Position numbers and translations under genes: made by a program. From positions 93,112-157,111 of the forward strand of contig JAMPEJ010000004.1 of assembly GCA_023665205.1 (NCBI GenBank): a stretch of 64,000 nucleotides of DNA, written 5' to 3'. Below, piece after piece: positions 17,130 through 25,724 of the stretch; within the stretch, counting starts at the first letter, position 1, and each line of letters begins with the position of its first letter. The notes beneath the pieces are model-generated. The model was not told where the DNA came from, made no database searches, and saw nothing but the letters and a program-made list of their open reading frames with translations. The DNA comes from Corallococcus sp. (lineage in GTDB: Bacteria > Bacillota > Clostridia > Christensenellales > CAG-314).

Positions 17130-18659
17130 TTACACCATCCTCAAATCCACGTCGTCCAATTGCAAAAAGCCGCCGTATTCCGTGGAAAACGTAAATTTCA
17201 ATTTATAGCAATTGGCGGGAGCGGTAAGTTTTTGAGTATATTTATGCCATTGCTCCGCGCTGTCTATATCGATCGTTACCTGACTTATCCGTTCGGAAAC
17301 GTTGAAATACTCAACGACAAGTTGACCTTTCCCCATTGCCGCGACAGATAAATCGAACTGAAATCCGCCGTACACGCTGTCGATTTCCTGCGAAAAACGC
17401 GCGATATCCGTAAGGCGCACGCCGCAAGATCCCAAATTGCCAAGTTGTTTGTCTACGGTAACATAAAGTGAAGCGTCGTCGGAATCTTCTATTTCGTTTA
17501 TCATACGGTTGACTTCAGCTTTCACCTGCGCTTCGGTATATTCCGGATGAGCTGCGGAAACCTGTTCGGTAAACTGCACGCGCAAAGCTGCCGTTTCGGC
17601 GTTTGTAAGCCACCTGGTGCCGCTAACCCAACCGCTTGCCGCGTTTGGATTTTTAAGTACGTATTCAAAGTCCCCGTTGGCAACCTTATTTACGTTTTCC
17701 GTAGAAACGGGATAGGAGGGATATTCGTCCGAAGTAGCAACCTGAGTAGACGAAATCAAAGGAGTAAACTTGGTACAAGGTTGATCCTTAAAAGGCACGT
17801 ACTTGACCCAGTCTACGTACATACAGTCGCTCTCAAACAACGCGTCGCCGACAAAACCGGTGTTGTTGGGAAACCATACGCCCAACCACAAACGGGAAGT
17901 ATACGACGGAACGAAGGTTCCGGAAATGGAACTTACGGCGGTAACTTTGCCGTCGATATAGTACACCACACGCTTCGGGTTGGTATACCAATCGAAGCCG
18001 AAGGTGTGCCACTCGCCGTCGTTCAACGCGTAATCTTTGTCGCCGAATACTTCGGTCAAGTCGGCGCTTGTGGATTCGTTTTCGTTGACTGTGATATAGT
18101 TGGTATTAAGTACCTTTTGGAAGGAAATGCCCGTGGGCGTACCTTTGCCGCCGGGAAGTTCGATGTCTATTTCGTGGTTGCCCTGAGTTTCGTTATCGAA
18201 TGCGTAAGTCCAAAAAGCGGTACACGCGCCCTGACGCGGCAACACCTTCATGCGGACTTGGTATCTGCCGGGACCCGTAACGAATTTGCTGATAAGCGCT
18301 CCGCCCGTAAGCGAACCGTCCTTGACGGTGCCTACGCCCGCAACGTCTCCCGCGGTGTAATACTCGCCGTTGCCGCTTATTACCAAAACTCCGTCGTCGG
18401 TGTAATTTACGTTTTCGGGGATAACGCCGCCGTTTTCGCCTGCACCCCACGCTTGTTTGCCGATATACCAGTTATCCGGATCGACACCGTTTGTGAAGTC
18501 GTCGAAAAAGGCGTTATCTATGTCCATTTCTACGCCGCTGAGCAAATATGCTTCACCGCCTATCTCATGCATGTCTCCGTCGCCGTTGCAGCCTACAAGC
18601 AGCAACGAAAGCGACAATATTACCACAAGTATGACGGCTGTCTTTTTCAATTTAGTCAA
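17130..18659 (-). CDS. GH16 lipoprotein (beta-glucanase family) with a C-terminal CBM-like region
   Basis: The catalytic motif NHEIDIELPG is present. The ORF track starts at 18725. I prefer TTG 18659, preceded by GGAGGA, which gives MTKLKKTAVILVVILSLSLLLVGC (lipobox). The exact start is uncertain. Confidence 0.75.
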   Translation of the reverse strand: MTKLKKTAVILVVILSLSLLLVGCNGDGDMHEIGGEAYLLSGVEMDIDNAFFDDFTNGVDPDNWYIGKQAWGAGENGGVIPENVNYTDDGVLVISGNGEYYTAGDVAGVGTVKDGSLTGGALISKFVTGPGRYQVRMKVLPRQGACTAFWTYAFDNETQGNHEIDIELPGGKGTPTGISFQKVLNTNYITVNENESTSADLTEVFGDKDYALNDGEWHTFGFDWYTNPKRVVYYIDGKVTAVSSISGTFVPSYTSRLWLGVWFPNNTGFVGDALFESDCMYVDWVKYVPFKDQPCTKFTPLISSTQVATSDEYPSYPVSTENVNKVANGDFEYVLKNPNAASGWVSGTRWLTNAETAALRVQFTEQVSAAHPEYTEAQVKAEVNRMINEIEDSDDASLYVTVDKQLGNLGSCGVRLTDIARFSQEIDSVYGGFQFDLSVAAMGKGQLVVEYFNVSERISQVTIDIDSAEQWHKYTQKLTAPANCYKLKFTFSTEYGGFLQLDDVDLRMV

Positions 18660-18786
18660 AATACGGCATCCTCCGATACGGTTTTTCCACATTATAGCAT
18701 ACGGAAATGTTGATTTCAATACCATTTTTTAATTTTGTTAAAAAATTTTGAATATTTTTTATGCCCAGTGTTAAAATAGGAAATTA

Positions 18787-18803
18787 TTGTAATAATATTA
18801 CAA
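18787..18803. promoter_or_regulatory. Perfect 8-1-8 palindrome TTGTAATAATATTACAA in the divergent intergenic region; candidate operator
   Basis: Read directly from the sequence. It lies between the minus-strand GH16/permease operon and the plus-strand binding-protein/phosphorylase operon. Confidence 0.35.
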
Positions 18804-18852
18804 AACGGCTAAAATTAATGTATTTTGCCCGTCAATATTACCGAATTTGGTA

Positions 18853-18881
18853 TTGACAACGCCTTTTTTGTGTGTTACTAT
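18853..18881 (+). promoter_or_regulatory. Sigma-70-type promoter for the binding-protein/phosphorylase operon
   Basis: TTGACA (18853-18858), a 17-nt spacer, then TACTAT (18876-18881), about 50 nt upstream of ATG 18931. Confidence 0.5.
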
Positions 18882-18930
18882 TTGATTGATTTTTAACAAA
18901 ATTAAAAAAATCGACGAGAGGTATCAAAAA

Positions 18931-20391
18931 ATGAAGAAAAAATTGATTTGCATCGTGCTATCGGCGCTTTTGATAATCGGTGCGGCGCTTACGGTAGCGG
19001 CATGCGGCCCCAAAAACGACGAACACACGTTGAATATCGTGGTTTTGGACAAAGGTTACGGCACAACTTGGATCGACCCGATTGTTGACGAATTCAAGAC
19101 CCAGAACCCCGGTTACGACGTAAAGCTGGAACGCAGCGCGGACGCAAGCAACTTGATCAACAACCACATAAACGGACGTAACAACGTAGACGACCTGTAC
19201 ATCAGCGTCGGCGCAAGTTGGCTTACTTACGCACAAAAAGGTCTGCTTGCAGAACTTGACGACATAATGGACGATGAAATCGACGGCGTCGCATTGAAAA
19301 ACAAAGTTGCCGACGAATACAAAACGTCCGTACTCTACCCCAATATGAAAACGGGCGAACTGCACACCTACCGTTTGCCCTGGATTTCCGGAACAGGCGG
19401 TATATTCTACAACAAAAAGATGTTTACGGCAAACGGTTGGGACGTACCCGCTACTTTTGCGGAACTGTTGGCACTGTGCGACGAAATAGTATCCGACAAC
19501 CTTAAAGACCCTGTTTCCAGCGATAAAGAAAGAGTAAAACCCTTTGTCTACACAGGACAAAACGTAGACTACTTCGACTACGCCGTGTACACTTGGTGGG
19601 GACAACTTGCCGGGGAAACTGCCATCAAAAACTTTACCAACTACTCCTCTGCAAGCAACTTTGACGCCGCAAACGACGCGACCTACGGCAAACTGAAAAC
19701 CGCAGTTGAAATGTGGAACCAACTTATCGGCAACGACAGTTACGTCAACAGAAAGATCTGCGCCTCCGCAAGCAACTACGACGCGCAAACGGCATTTATC
19801 CAAGGCAGAGCGGCAATGATGTTTAACGGAGACTGGATCTACAACGAAACCGCTCCTTTGTTAAACGACAGCAACAAAGAAACGTTCGAACTCGGTTTTA
19901 TGCCACTGCCTACGGCAACCGGCGCAACGGATACGGAAATGTTGTACACCATCGGCGAAGACCAATGGATCGGAGTGCCGGAATCATCCATCAAAAAAGA
20001 TTTGGCAAAGAAATTTATCAAAATTATGGTAAGCGACTTCGGCTGCAAGACCTTCCTTACAGAGGCCAACGGTATGCTTGCATACAAGTGCGACTACACT
20101 GAGGTTTTGAACGACGAAAATACGAACGAATTTTTGAAAGACCTTATCAATATCCGTACTTCATGCACAAAACCCTTTACCGACTATCCCAAAGATATGA
20201 CGGGAGACGTTTTGAATTCCACTCGCACGATTTACTTTATGCACGACATACACAACATTTGGGGCAGCAGCAGCTGGCGTCCCTACGACAGTATTTTGAA
20301 AAGCGTTTCCATAGACGACGCATTCAAGAACATTGCTAACAGCGTCAGCGGCGAATGGAGCAAGTGGACGACTCACGCCGGACTGAAATAA
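18931..20391 (+). CDS. ABC transporter extracellular solute-binding lipoprotein (family 1, carbohydrate type)
   Basis: The ORF track starts at 18886. ATG 18931 gives MKKKLICIVLSALLIIGAALTVAAC (lipobox) and follows GAGAGG. Size and composition fit MalE-like sugar-binding proteins. Confidence 0.8.
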   Translation: MKKKLICIVLSALLIIGAALTVAACGPKNDEHTLNIVVLDKGYGTTWIDPIVDEFKTQNPGYDVKLERSADASNLINNHINGRNNVDDLYISVGASWLTYAQKGLLAELDDIMDDEIDGVALKNKVADEYKTSVLYPNMKTGELHTYRLPWISGTGGIFYNKKMFTANGWDVPATFAELLALCDEIVSDNLKDPVSSDKERVKPFVYTGQNVDYFDYAVYTWWGQLAGETAIKNFTNYSSASNFDAANDATYGKLKTAVEMWNQLIGNDSYVNRKICASASNYDAQTAFIQGRAAMMFNGDWIYNETAPLLNDSNKETFELGFMPLPTATGATDTEMLYTIGEDQWIGVPESSIKKDLAKKFIKIMVSDFGCKTFLTEANGMLAYKCDYTEVLNDENTNEFLKDLINIRTSCTKPFTDYPKDMTGDVLNSTRTIYFMHDIHNIWGSSSWRPYDSILKSVSIDDAFKNIANSVSGEWSKWTTHAGLK

Positions 20392-20408
20392 TGCACGGAG
20401 AAAACAAA

Positions 20409-22940
20409 ATGAACTTTTTTGAAACAATTTGCGATTTGTTAAAAAAAGAAGAGAACTTGGCAAACTGCGTTGAACTTCAACGCAGTTCTGCTTTGCCGGA
20501 AAAGTGCTATTTTTTAGATAAGGACACGGTGCTTTGTTATCCGCGCACGACCGGCGACAGCCGTTACCCCTACTGCGCCGACGGATTTACCTTGTGGGCA
20601 TATTCCTCCGGTTATATGTCGCTTAACGAAAGCACTTTTTACTGCATACTGCCTGCCGACGAAGGCAAAGAGCCCTACGTCAATTTTTTTGCCGGACTTA
20701 AAAATGCCGACGGCGGTTATACGCCGGTATCCCTTACGGGAGCCGCCCGTCAACCGCAGGAAAAAGCAAAGCGTTTTTGCGTTTATACTCCCGAGGCAGT
20801 CTACTACGTCACAAAAACCGACGGCGCGGCATTTTGTTTGCGCGCATTCGTTTCTCCGGACAAACAGGCGTGTTTTTCCGTCGGAGCGGTAAACTTAGGC
20901 AACGAAAAGGAAATATATCTTTCGGCTCTTTTCAACTGCCTGTTTATGCACCAAGCCGGCGAAAACGTAGAAACGAAATGGTTTAAGCAATGCAACGTAA
21001 CGCAACGCGGATTTTTGTTCCAAAGCGTAGAGGACTTGGACCGCACCACTCACTTGGAAAACTTCGGCGTTATAAACCGCAATGTAAACGCAAAAGTCAA
21101 TTATTTGGAAAGTACGACGTCGCGCTCCGACTACGTTGGAGGCAAAACCAATTGCCAAAACTGCGCAACGCCGCTGTTTAGCGGTCACTTTGAAAAACGC
21201 AAGAGCGCGTGCAAGTTTACCGATACCGCGGCAGCGGGAGATATTTGTCAAATAACATTGCAACAAAACGGTTTTGCCGAAATCGACTACGTTTTGGAAG
21301 TTTACTTTGACGCCAAAGAAGCAAACGAAGCCGTGCGTGCCGTAAGCGACGGTTTTTGCGACGAACTTGTACGCCGAGCAAAGCAGTCCTACGACAATAA
21401 AAGCAAAAGCGAAACGGCTCTTGCTATGACCTTTGAAAACAGTACTGACGGTGCGCTTAACGGAGACGTGCTGACAAAGTTTGTGCACAACGTAATGCGT
21501 CAGACGGAGTTTGCCGCGCTTGCAAAAAACAGCGGCGTGTCTCTCTTGGGAGTACGCGACGTTACGCAGCAATTGGAAGCCGCTCTTATGTGGAACCCAA
21601 AAGACTCGCGCGAAAAGTTTTGCGAACTGTTAAACTTTATCGATCCCTGCGGACGGCCGCCGCGTCAATACTCTCTGCCGGCAAAGGGCGCTTTGCCGCA
21701 AATGGATACCCGCGCGTTTATCGATCAAGGCGTGTGGATAATATCCGCCGTCTACAACTATTTAGCTTTTACGGGAGACTACTCTATCTTGGACGAAATT
21801 TGCGGTTACTACAAAATTGTGGGACATAACCGCGTAGAACACGTCGAAGAACGCAACAGCGTATTCGAACACTTGACGAGAATTTGCGACTACCTGATAG
21901 AAAACATCGACGGCGAAACAAACTGCCTGAAAGCGCTGTACGGCGATTGGAACGACGCGTTGGACGGACTAGGCGTATCGACGGATCCCGACCGAGAATA
22001 CGGCAACGGCGTGTCCGTTATGGCAACGTTGCAACTGCTTAGAAACGTGCGGGAAATGCAAAGCATAACAGAAACGGTCGGCGACCGCCTTAACAAAGGC
22101 AGTCTGTACCGCGAAACGGAAAAGAGACTTACAAAAGGTCTCAAAACCTATTGCATAGATACAGACAAAAAAGGCAACCGCAAAGTGCTTCACGGTTGGG
22201 GAGACAAGCGCGAATACAAGGTAGGAAGTTTTTGCGACGTGGACGGTGTTGCCCGCGACGGATTGGCGGCAAACGCATTTTGGGTGATTTCCGACGCATA
22301 CTTGTGGGATACGTCCATAAAAAAAGACATATTGGCAAGTTACGGCCGCCTGGACAGCAAATACGGACTTAAAACTTTTGAACCGTACTTTAAGCGCGGA
22401 ACCAAGGGCGTCGGACGTATAGTAAACCTGCCCAAAGGCACGGCGGAAAACGCCGCAACTTATATACACGCAACCATGTTCGGGATTTGCTCTCTGCTTA
22501 AAATGGGTGAAAGCAAACTTGCTTGGGAACAGTTGTACAAAGTGTTGCCTTTAACGCACGAACTTGTGTCCACCACTCCGTTTATCATGAGTAACAGTTA
22601 CTCCTACAATACGGAATTCGGTATGGACGGAGAATCTATGAGCGACTGGTTTACCGGAAGCGCAAACGTACTTATCAAAATGTTGGTGTGGTATATGTTC
22701 GGCGTAAGACCGACGCTAAAAGGGGTGGAAATTTGCCCTGCAAACTATCTTCCTTTTGAAAAAGCGAGCATATCCCTGTCTATCCGCGGAAAACGCATCG
22801 ACTTGACGATGCACGGCGGCGGAAAGATTTTTGAAATGGACGGCAAGCCCGCACAAACGGAATACGACGAGGCGCGTCTTTCGCAAAAACTGTTTATTCC
22901 CTTTGACAAACTTAAAGATTGCAAAATAGAAATCAAATAA
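20409..22940 (+). CDS. GH94-like (alpha/alpha)6-barrel glycoside phosphorylase (cellobiose/beta-glucan phosphorylase superfamily; exact family undetermined)
   Basis: About 843 aa with no signal peptide. Key strings are LKALYGDWNDALDGLG (the catalytic-region D-W-N-D motif of GH94-type phosphorylases), FIDQGVWIISAVYNYLAFTGDYSILDE and AATYIHATMFG. ATG 20409 follows GGAG; an alternative ATG 20391 overlaps the upstream TAA. Confidence 0.6.
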   Translation: MNFFETICDLLKKEENLANCVELQRSSALPEKCYFLDKDTVLCYPRTTGDSRYPYCADGFTLWAYSSGYMSLNESTFYCILPADEGKEPYVNFFAGLKNADGGYTPVSLTGAARQPQEKAKRFCVYTPEAVYYVTKTDGAAFCLRAFVSPDKQACFSVGAVNLGNEKEIYLSALFNCLFMHQAGENVETKWFKQCNVTQRGFLFQSVEDLDRTTHLENFGVINRNVNAKVNYLESTTSRSDYVGGKTNCQNCATPLFSGHFEKRKSACKFTDTAAAGDICQITLQQNGFAEIDYVLEVYFDAKEANEAVRAVSDGFCDELVRRAKQSYDNKSKSETALAMTFENSTDGALNGDVLTKFVHNVMRQTEFAALAKNSGVSLLGVRDVTQQLEAALMWNPKDSREKFCELLNFIDPCGRPPRQYSLPAKGALPQMDTRAFIDQGVWIISAVYNYLAFTGDYSILDEICGYYKIVGHNRVEHVEERNSVFEHLTRICDYLIENIDGETNCLKALYGDWNDALDGLGVSTDPDREYGNGVSVMATLQLLRNVREMQSITETVGDRLNKGSLYRETEKRLTKGLKTYCIDTDKKGNRKVLHGWGDKREYKVGSFCDVDGVARDGLAANAFWVISDAYLWDTSIKKDILASYGRLDSKYGLKTFEPYFKRGTKGVGRIVNLPKGTAENAATYIHATMFGICSLLKMGESKLAWEQLYKVLPLTHELVSTTPFIMSNSYSYNTEFGMDGESMSDWFTGSANVLIKMLVWYMFGVRPTLKGVEICPANYLPFEKASISLSIRGKRIDLTMHGGGKIFEMDGKPAQTEYDEARLSQKLFIPFDKLKDCKIEIK

Positions 22941-22956
22941 ATTATTACCTATTATC

Positions 22957-22996
22957 GGGCGTGCCGCGTTTTGTTACGGCGCGCTCCGTTTTTTTA
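22957..22996 (+). terminator. Rho-independent terminator
   Basis: GGGCGTGCCG / CGGCGCGCTC form a 10-bp stem (two G-U pairs) with a 10-nt loop, followed by CGTTTTTTTA. Confidence 0.5.
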
Positions 22997-23197
22997 TACT
23001 ATTAAACGACTGCCGACGAAATAAAACGGAGAACAAAACTGCCCGTCTGCCAAACCGTCGGCGCATTACGTATCGATCGCGACGCATTTTTTCAAGACGT
23101 TTGTTTGAAAGTTTGTGCAAACAAAAAGCAAAAAAACCTATAAACATAGCGTATTTTAAGTCGCACACAATAAAATAACCTTGACAAAACGGTATAT

Positions 23198-23226
23198 TTG
23201 ACACTGGGAAACAAATTACTTATAAT
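23198..23226 (+). promoter_or_regulatory. Sigma-70 consensus promoter for the M48 protease gene
   Basis: TTGACA (23198-23203), a 17-nt spacer, then TATAAT (23221-23226). GGAGAAGG precedes ATG 23244. Confidence 0.6.
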
Positions 23227-23243
23227 AAGTACGGAGAAGGACT

Positions 23244-24131
23244 ATGTACATTGCAGGTTTTATCAAAAGTTTGTTTACGCCGAGAAAATTTCCTTCGGCC
23301 TTGTACTTTTTGGCAAATCAGATTATCGTATTTTTTGTGTTCTACGGAATCGGATTGACTGCAAGCGCCGACAACCCCTACGTTTGGGGAGCAATAGGTT
23401 TGGCTCTTAACGTTGCGGCAATGCTTGCCATGCTCAGTCCCTTTGGCGAAGCCGTCGTCCGTTACAGAGAAAACGCTCGTCCCATCAACAAAGACGCATA
23501 CCGGTATGCGTACTCCCTCTTTGAGGACGTTTGTATTACGGCGCGCAGCGTCAACCGCAAACTGCCGAAAAACATCAATTTGTACGTTATGGAAAGTAAC
23601 GATATAAACGCCGCGGCAACCGGACACCACACTGTGATAGTTACCAGTGCGCTGCTCAAACTTGTGGACAGAGGCGACGTTTCGCCGCAGCAGTTCAAAG
23701 CCGTTTTAGCGCACGAACTGGGGCATATATCCCACAGCGACACTTGCCTGACGTTGGGGATAGTTGTTTCCGGCGGACTGCTGCAACTCGTACTGTGCTT
23801 TTACGTGTTTATCATACGTATGATAGCAATGTTGTTCGCGTTGATTTTGCCCATACTTTCAACGGTATTCGTGATAGTATTCGGAAGGACCGTAACGTTT
23901 GTGTTCGACTGCTGGAACTGTTTGGGCATACTGCTTACCAACGCCACCAGCCGCAAGGACGAGTTTGCGGCGGACGACTTTGCAGGTAAATGCGGATACT
24001 CCGACGCTTTGTGCAGTTTTTTGCAGGCGCTGGATCCGTCCAAGCAACGTGGCAACTTTTTGTCCGTGCTTACCGAAACTCACCCTGCGACGGTCGAACG
24101 CGTAGAAACCTTGCAAAAACATTACGGGTGA
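23244..24131 (+). CDS. M48-family (HtpX-like) membrane zinc metalloprotease
   Basis: It has the HEXXH motif LAHELGHISHSD, several TM segments and the C-terminal ETHPATVERV typical of M48 peptidases. Confidence 0.75.
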   Translation: MYIAGFIKSLFTPRKFPSALYFLANQIIVFFVFYGIGLTASADNPYVWGAIGLALNVAAMLAMLSPFGEAVVRYRENARPINKDAYRYAYSLFEDVCITARSVNRKLPKNINLYVMESNDINAAATGHHTVIVTSALLKLVDRGDVSPQQFKAVLAHELGHISHSDTCLTLGIVVSGGLLQLVLCFYVFIIRMIAMLFALILPILSTVFVIVFGRTVTFVFDCWNCLGILLTNATSRKDEFAADDFAGKCGYSDALCSFLQALDPSKQRGNFLSVLTETHPATVERVETLQKHYG

Positions 24132-24223
24132 TTTGTACTACGGCAAAACAGAAAAACAAAACTTTGCGCGCCGGTTGTATTTGACGCGCAAAATTGACAA
24201 TAATATAACTAGCGGAGGCTACG

Positions 24224-24931
24224 ATGAAAAAGATTGCGGAAAAAGTCGCCATAGTGGCGCAAATTTGCATAACGTTGGTGTTTGTCCTTACTACGGTGCT
24301 GTATATGGCAAACGCCATACCCCAACAGGAAAACTGGAACCAAAACGGCGTTCTTAACGTGTTGATGATAATTTTGGCCGTGGCGTATCTTGCAATATCA
24401 GCTTACATCCTGTACGTCAACTTTTCGGAAAACGCCAACCTCAAACGCATACTGCTGTTCTGCGACAGCGACAGCGCAACGCACGCCACTGTAAAAGTTA
24501 TAAACAATATAGTAAAAGGCTGCGCCAAACAGGTGGACGGAATAAAAGTAAAAAAGATAAAAATACGTTCCGACGAAAAAGCGGGATTTATCGCCACACT
24601 TTCGATAGAAGTTACTGCCGACAGCGTTGCCGAAAACGTAAACAGACTGCGCACGCTTGTCTCCAAAAGTTTTTACGAAACTTTGGGGCTAAAATTCAAT
24701 ACCGTAAACTTTAACATAGAAAAACTGCACGGCCACTACGAACCTAGCAAAAAGGTAGTGGAGGAAACCACGGCGGAACTTTTGGAACAACAAGAGGAAA
24801 GCGCCGAAAACTATCACGAACCCGTTGACACCGCCGAACAGGAAGAACGCGAACCCGTGGAAGTTGTAGAAGACAAGGACGTGGAACACGTAACCGCCGA
24901 CAAAGCGGAGGAAACGGAAAAACAGGACTAG
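24224..24931 (+). CDS. Membrane-anchored Asp23/Gls24-like (alkaline-shock family) protein with an acidic C-terminal tail
   Basis: Two N-terminal TM helices are followed by VKVINNIVKGCAKQVDGIKVKKIKIRS...ATLSIEV...VAENVNRLRTLVSKSFYETLGLKFNTVNFNIEKL, which resembles the Asp23 fold pattern. The tail is Glu-rich. Confidence 0.45.
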   Translation: MKKIAEKVAIVAQICITLVFVLTTVLYMANAIPQQENWNQNGVLNVLMIILAVAYLAISAYILYVNFSENANLKRILLFCDSDSATHATVKVINNIVKGCAKQVDGIKVKKIKIRSDEKAGFIATLSIEVTADSVAENVNRLRTLVSKSFYETLGLKFNTVNFNIEKLHGHYEPSKKVVEETTAELLEQQEESAENYHEPVDTAEQEEREPVEVVEDKDVEHVTADKAEETEKQD

Positions 24932-24953
24932 AATAACACCGCTTAACGTAAGC

Positions 24954-24986
24954 AAAAACGGGCTGCATAATTGCAACCCGTTTTTT
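24954..24986. terminator. Bidirectional rho-independent terminator
   Basis: AAAAACGGGCTGCA-taat-TGCAACCCGTTTTT, flanked by an A run and a T run. It lies between convergent genes. Confidence 0.6.
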
Positions 24987-25075
24987 ATTACAGTTGATTT
25001 TTCCAAATTGGAACGTTAAATACGCGTAAGTTTATTCTTAACGCTTACAGATAAAGCCACTCCTTATCCGCCAAA

Positions 25076-25723
25076 CTAATAATCGAAAAGTTCCGTTTCC
25101 ACAGCCAAGCAAATCGCATGATACAGCGGCAAATGGCATTCCTGAATTTTGTACGTGTCCTTTTGCGGAGCGTCGATCAAAATATCGCAAACGCCTTTCA
25201 GTCTGCCGCCCGATTCGCCTGTCAACGCCACCACCGTCATTCCCTTTGCCTTTGCCGTTTGCGCGGCGTACAAAACGCTTGCGGAGTTACCGCTGGTGGA
25301 AATGGCAAAAAGCACGTCGCCTTTGTCCCCCAAAACGTTTACAAGTTGAGCGTAAACAAACTGACCGTCGCAATCGTTGTGAAACGCAGTAGCGTAACCC
25401 GAAAAGCCCGTAAGAGGCACGGCTTTGACGCCTTGCTGCAAATTGTCGGCAATTGCGTCTCCGGTATTTTCGTCCGCCGCAATCAACCTTGCGCGAAAGC
25501 CGTCGCTTACGGGACGTCTCAAACAAAAACCTTTTAACAATTCTCCAGCTATATGTTCGCAATCGGCCGCGCTACCGCCGTTACCGCACAGCAGCAATTT
25601 GTTTCCGCGCTTGTGCATTGCAACGATTTCCTCCACGCACGACTGCACCCTGTCGCGCAAAGGTGCAAAACGCTCGTTTTCTTCAAAAAAGTTCTGCAAA
25701 ATCTGCGTTGTCGCCTGTTTCAT
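25076..25723 (-). CDS. gmhA: D-sedoheptulose-7-phosphate isomerase (SIS domain)
   Basis: 215 aa. It has LLCGNGGSAADCEHIAGEL and ISTSGNSASV, typical of GmhA. It sits next to hddA and hddC-gmhB. Confidence 0.8.
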   Translation of the reverse strand: MKQATTQILQNFFEENERFAPLRDRVQSCVEEIVAMHKRGNKLLLCGNGGSAADCEHIAGELLKGFCLRRPVSDGFRARLIAADENTGDAIADNLQQGVKAVPLTGFSGYATAFHNDCDGQFVYAQLVNVLGDKGDVLFAISTSGNSASVLYAAQTAKAKGMTVVALTGESGGRLKGVCDILIDAPQKDTYKIQECHLPLYHAICLAVETELFDY

Positions 25724-25724
25724 A

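Noticed and set aside
22974-23204. A 76-aa minus-strand ORF in the gap between the phosphorylase and the M48 protease
   Set aside because: It overlaps the terminator and the consensus promoter of the M48 gene, has no Shine-Dalgarno, and is basic and low-complexity.
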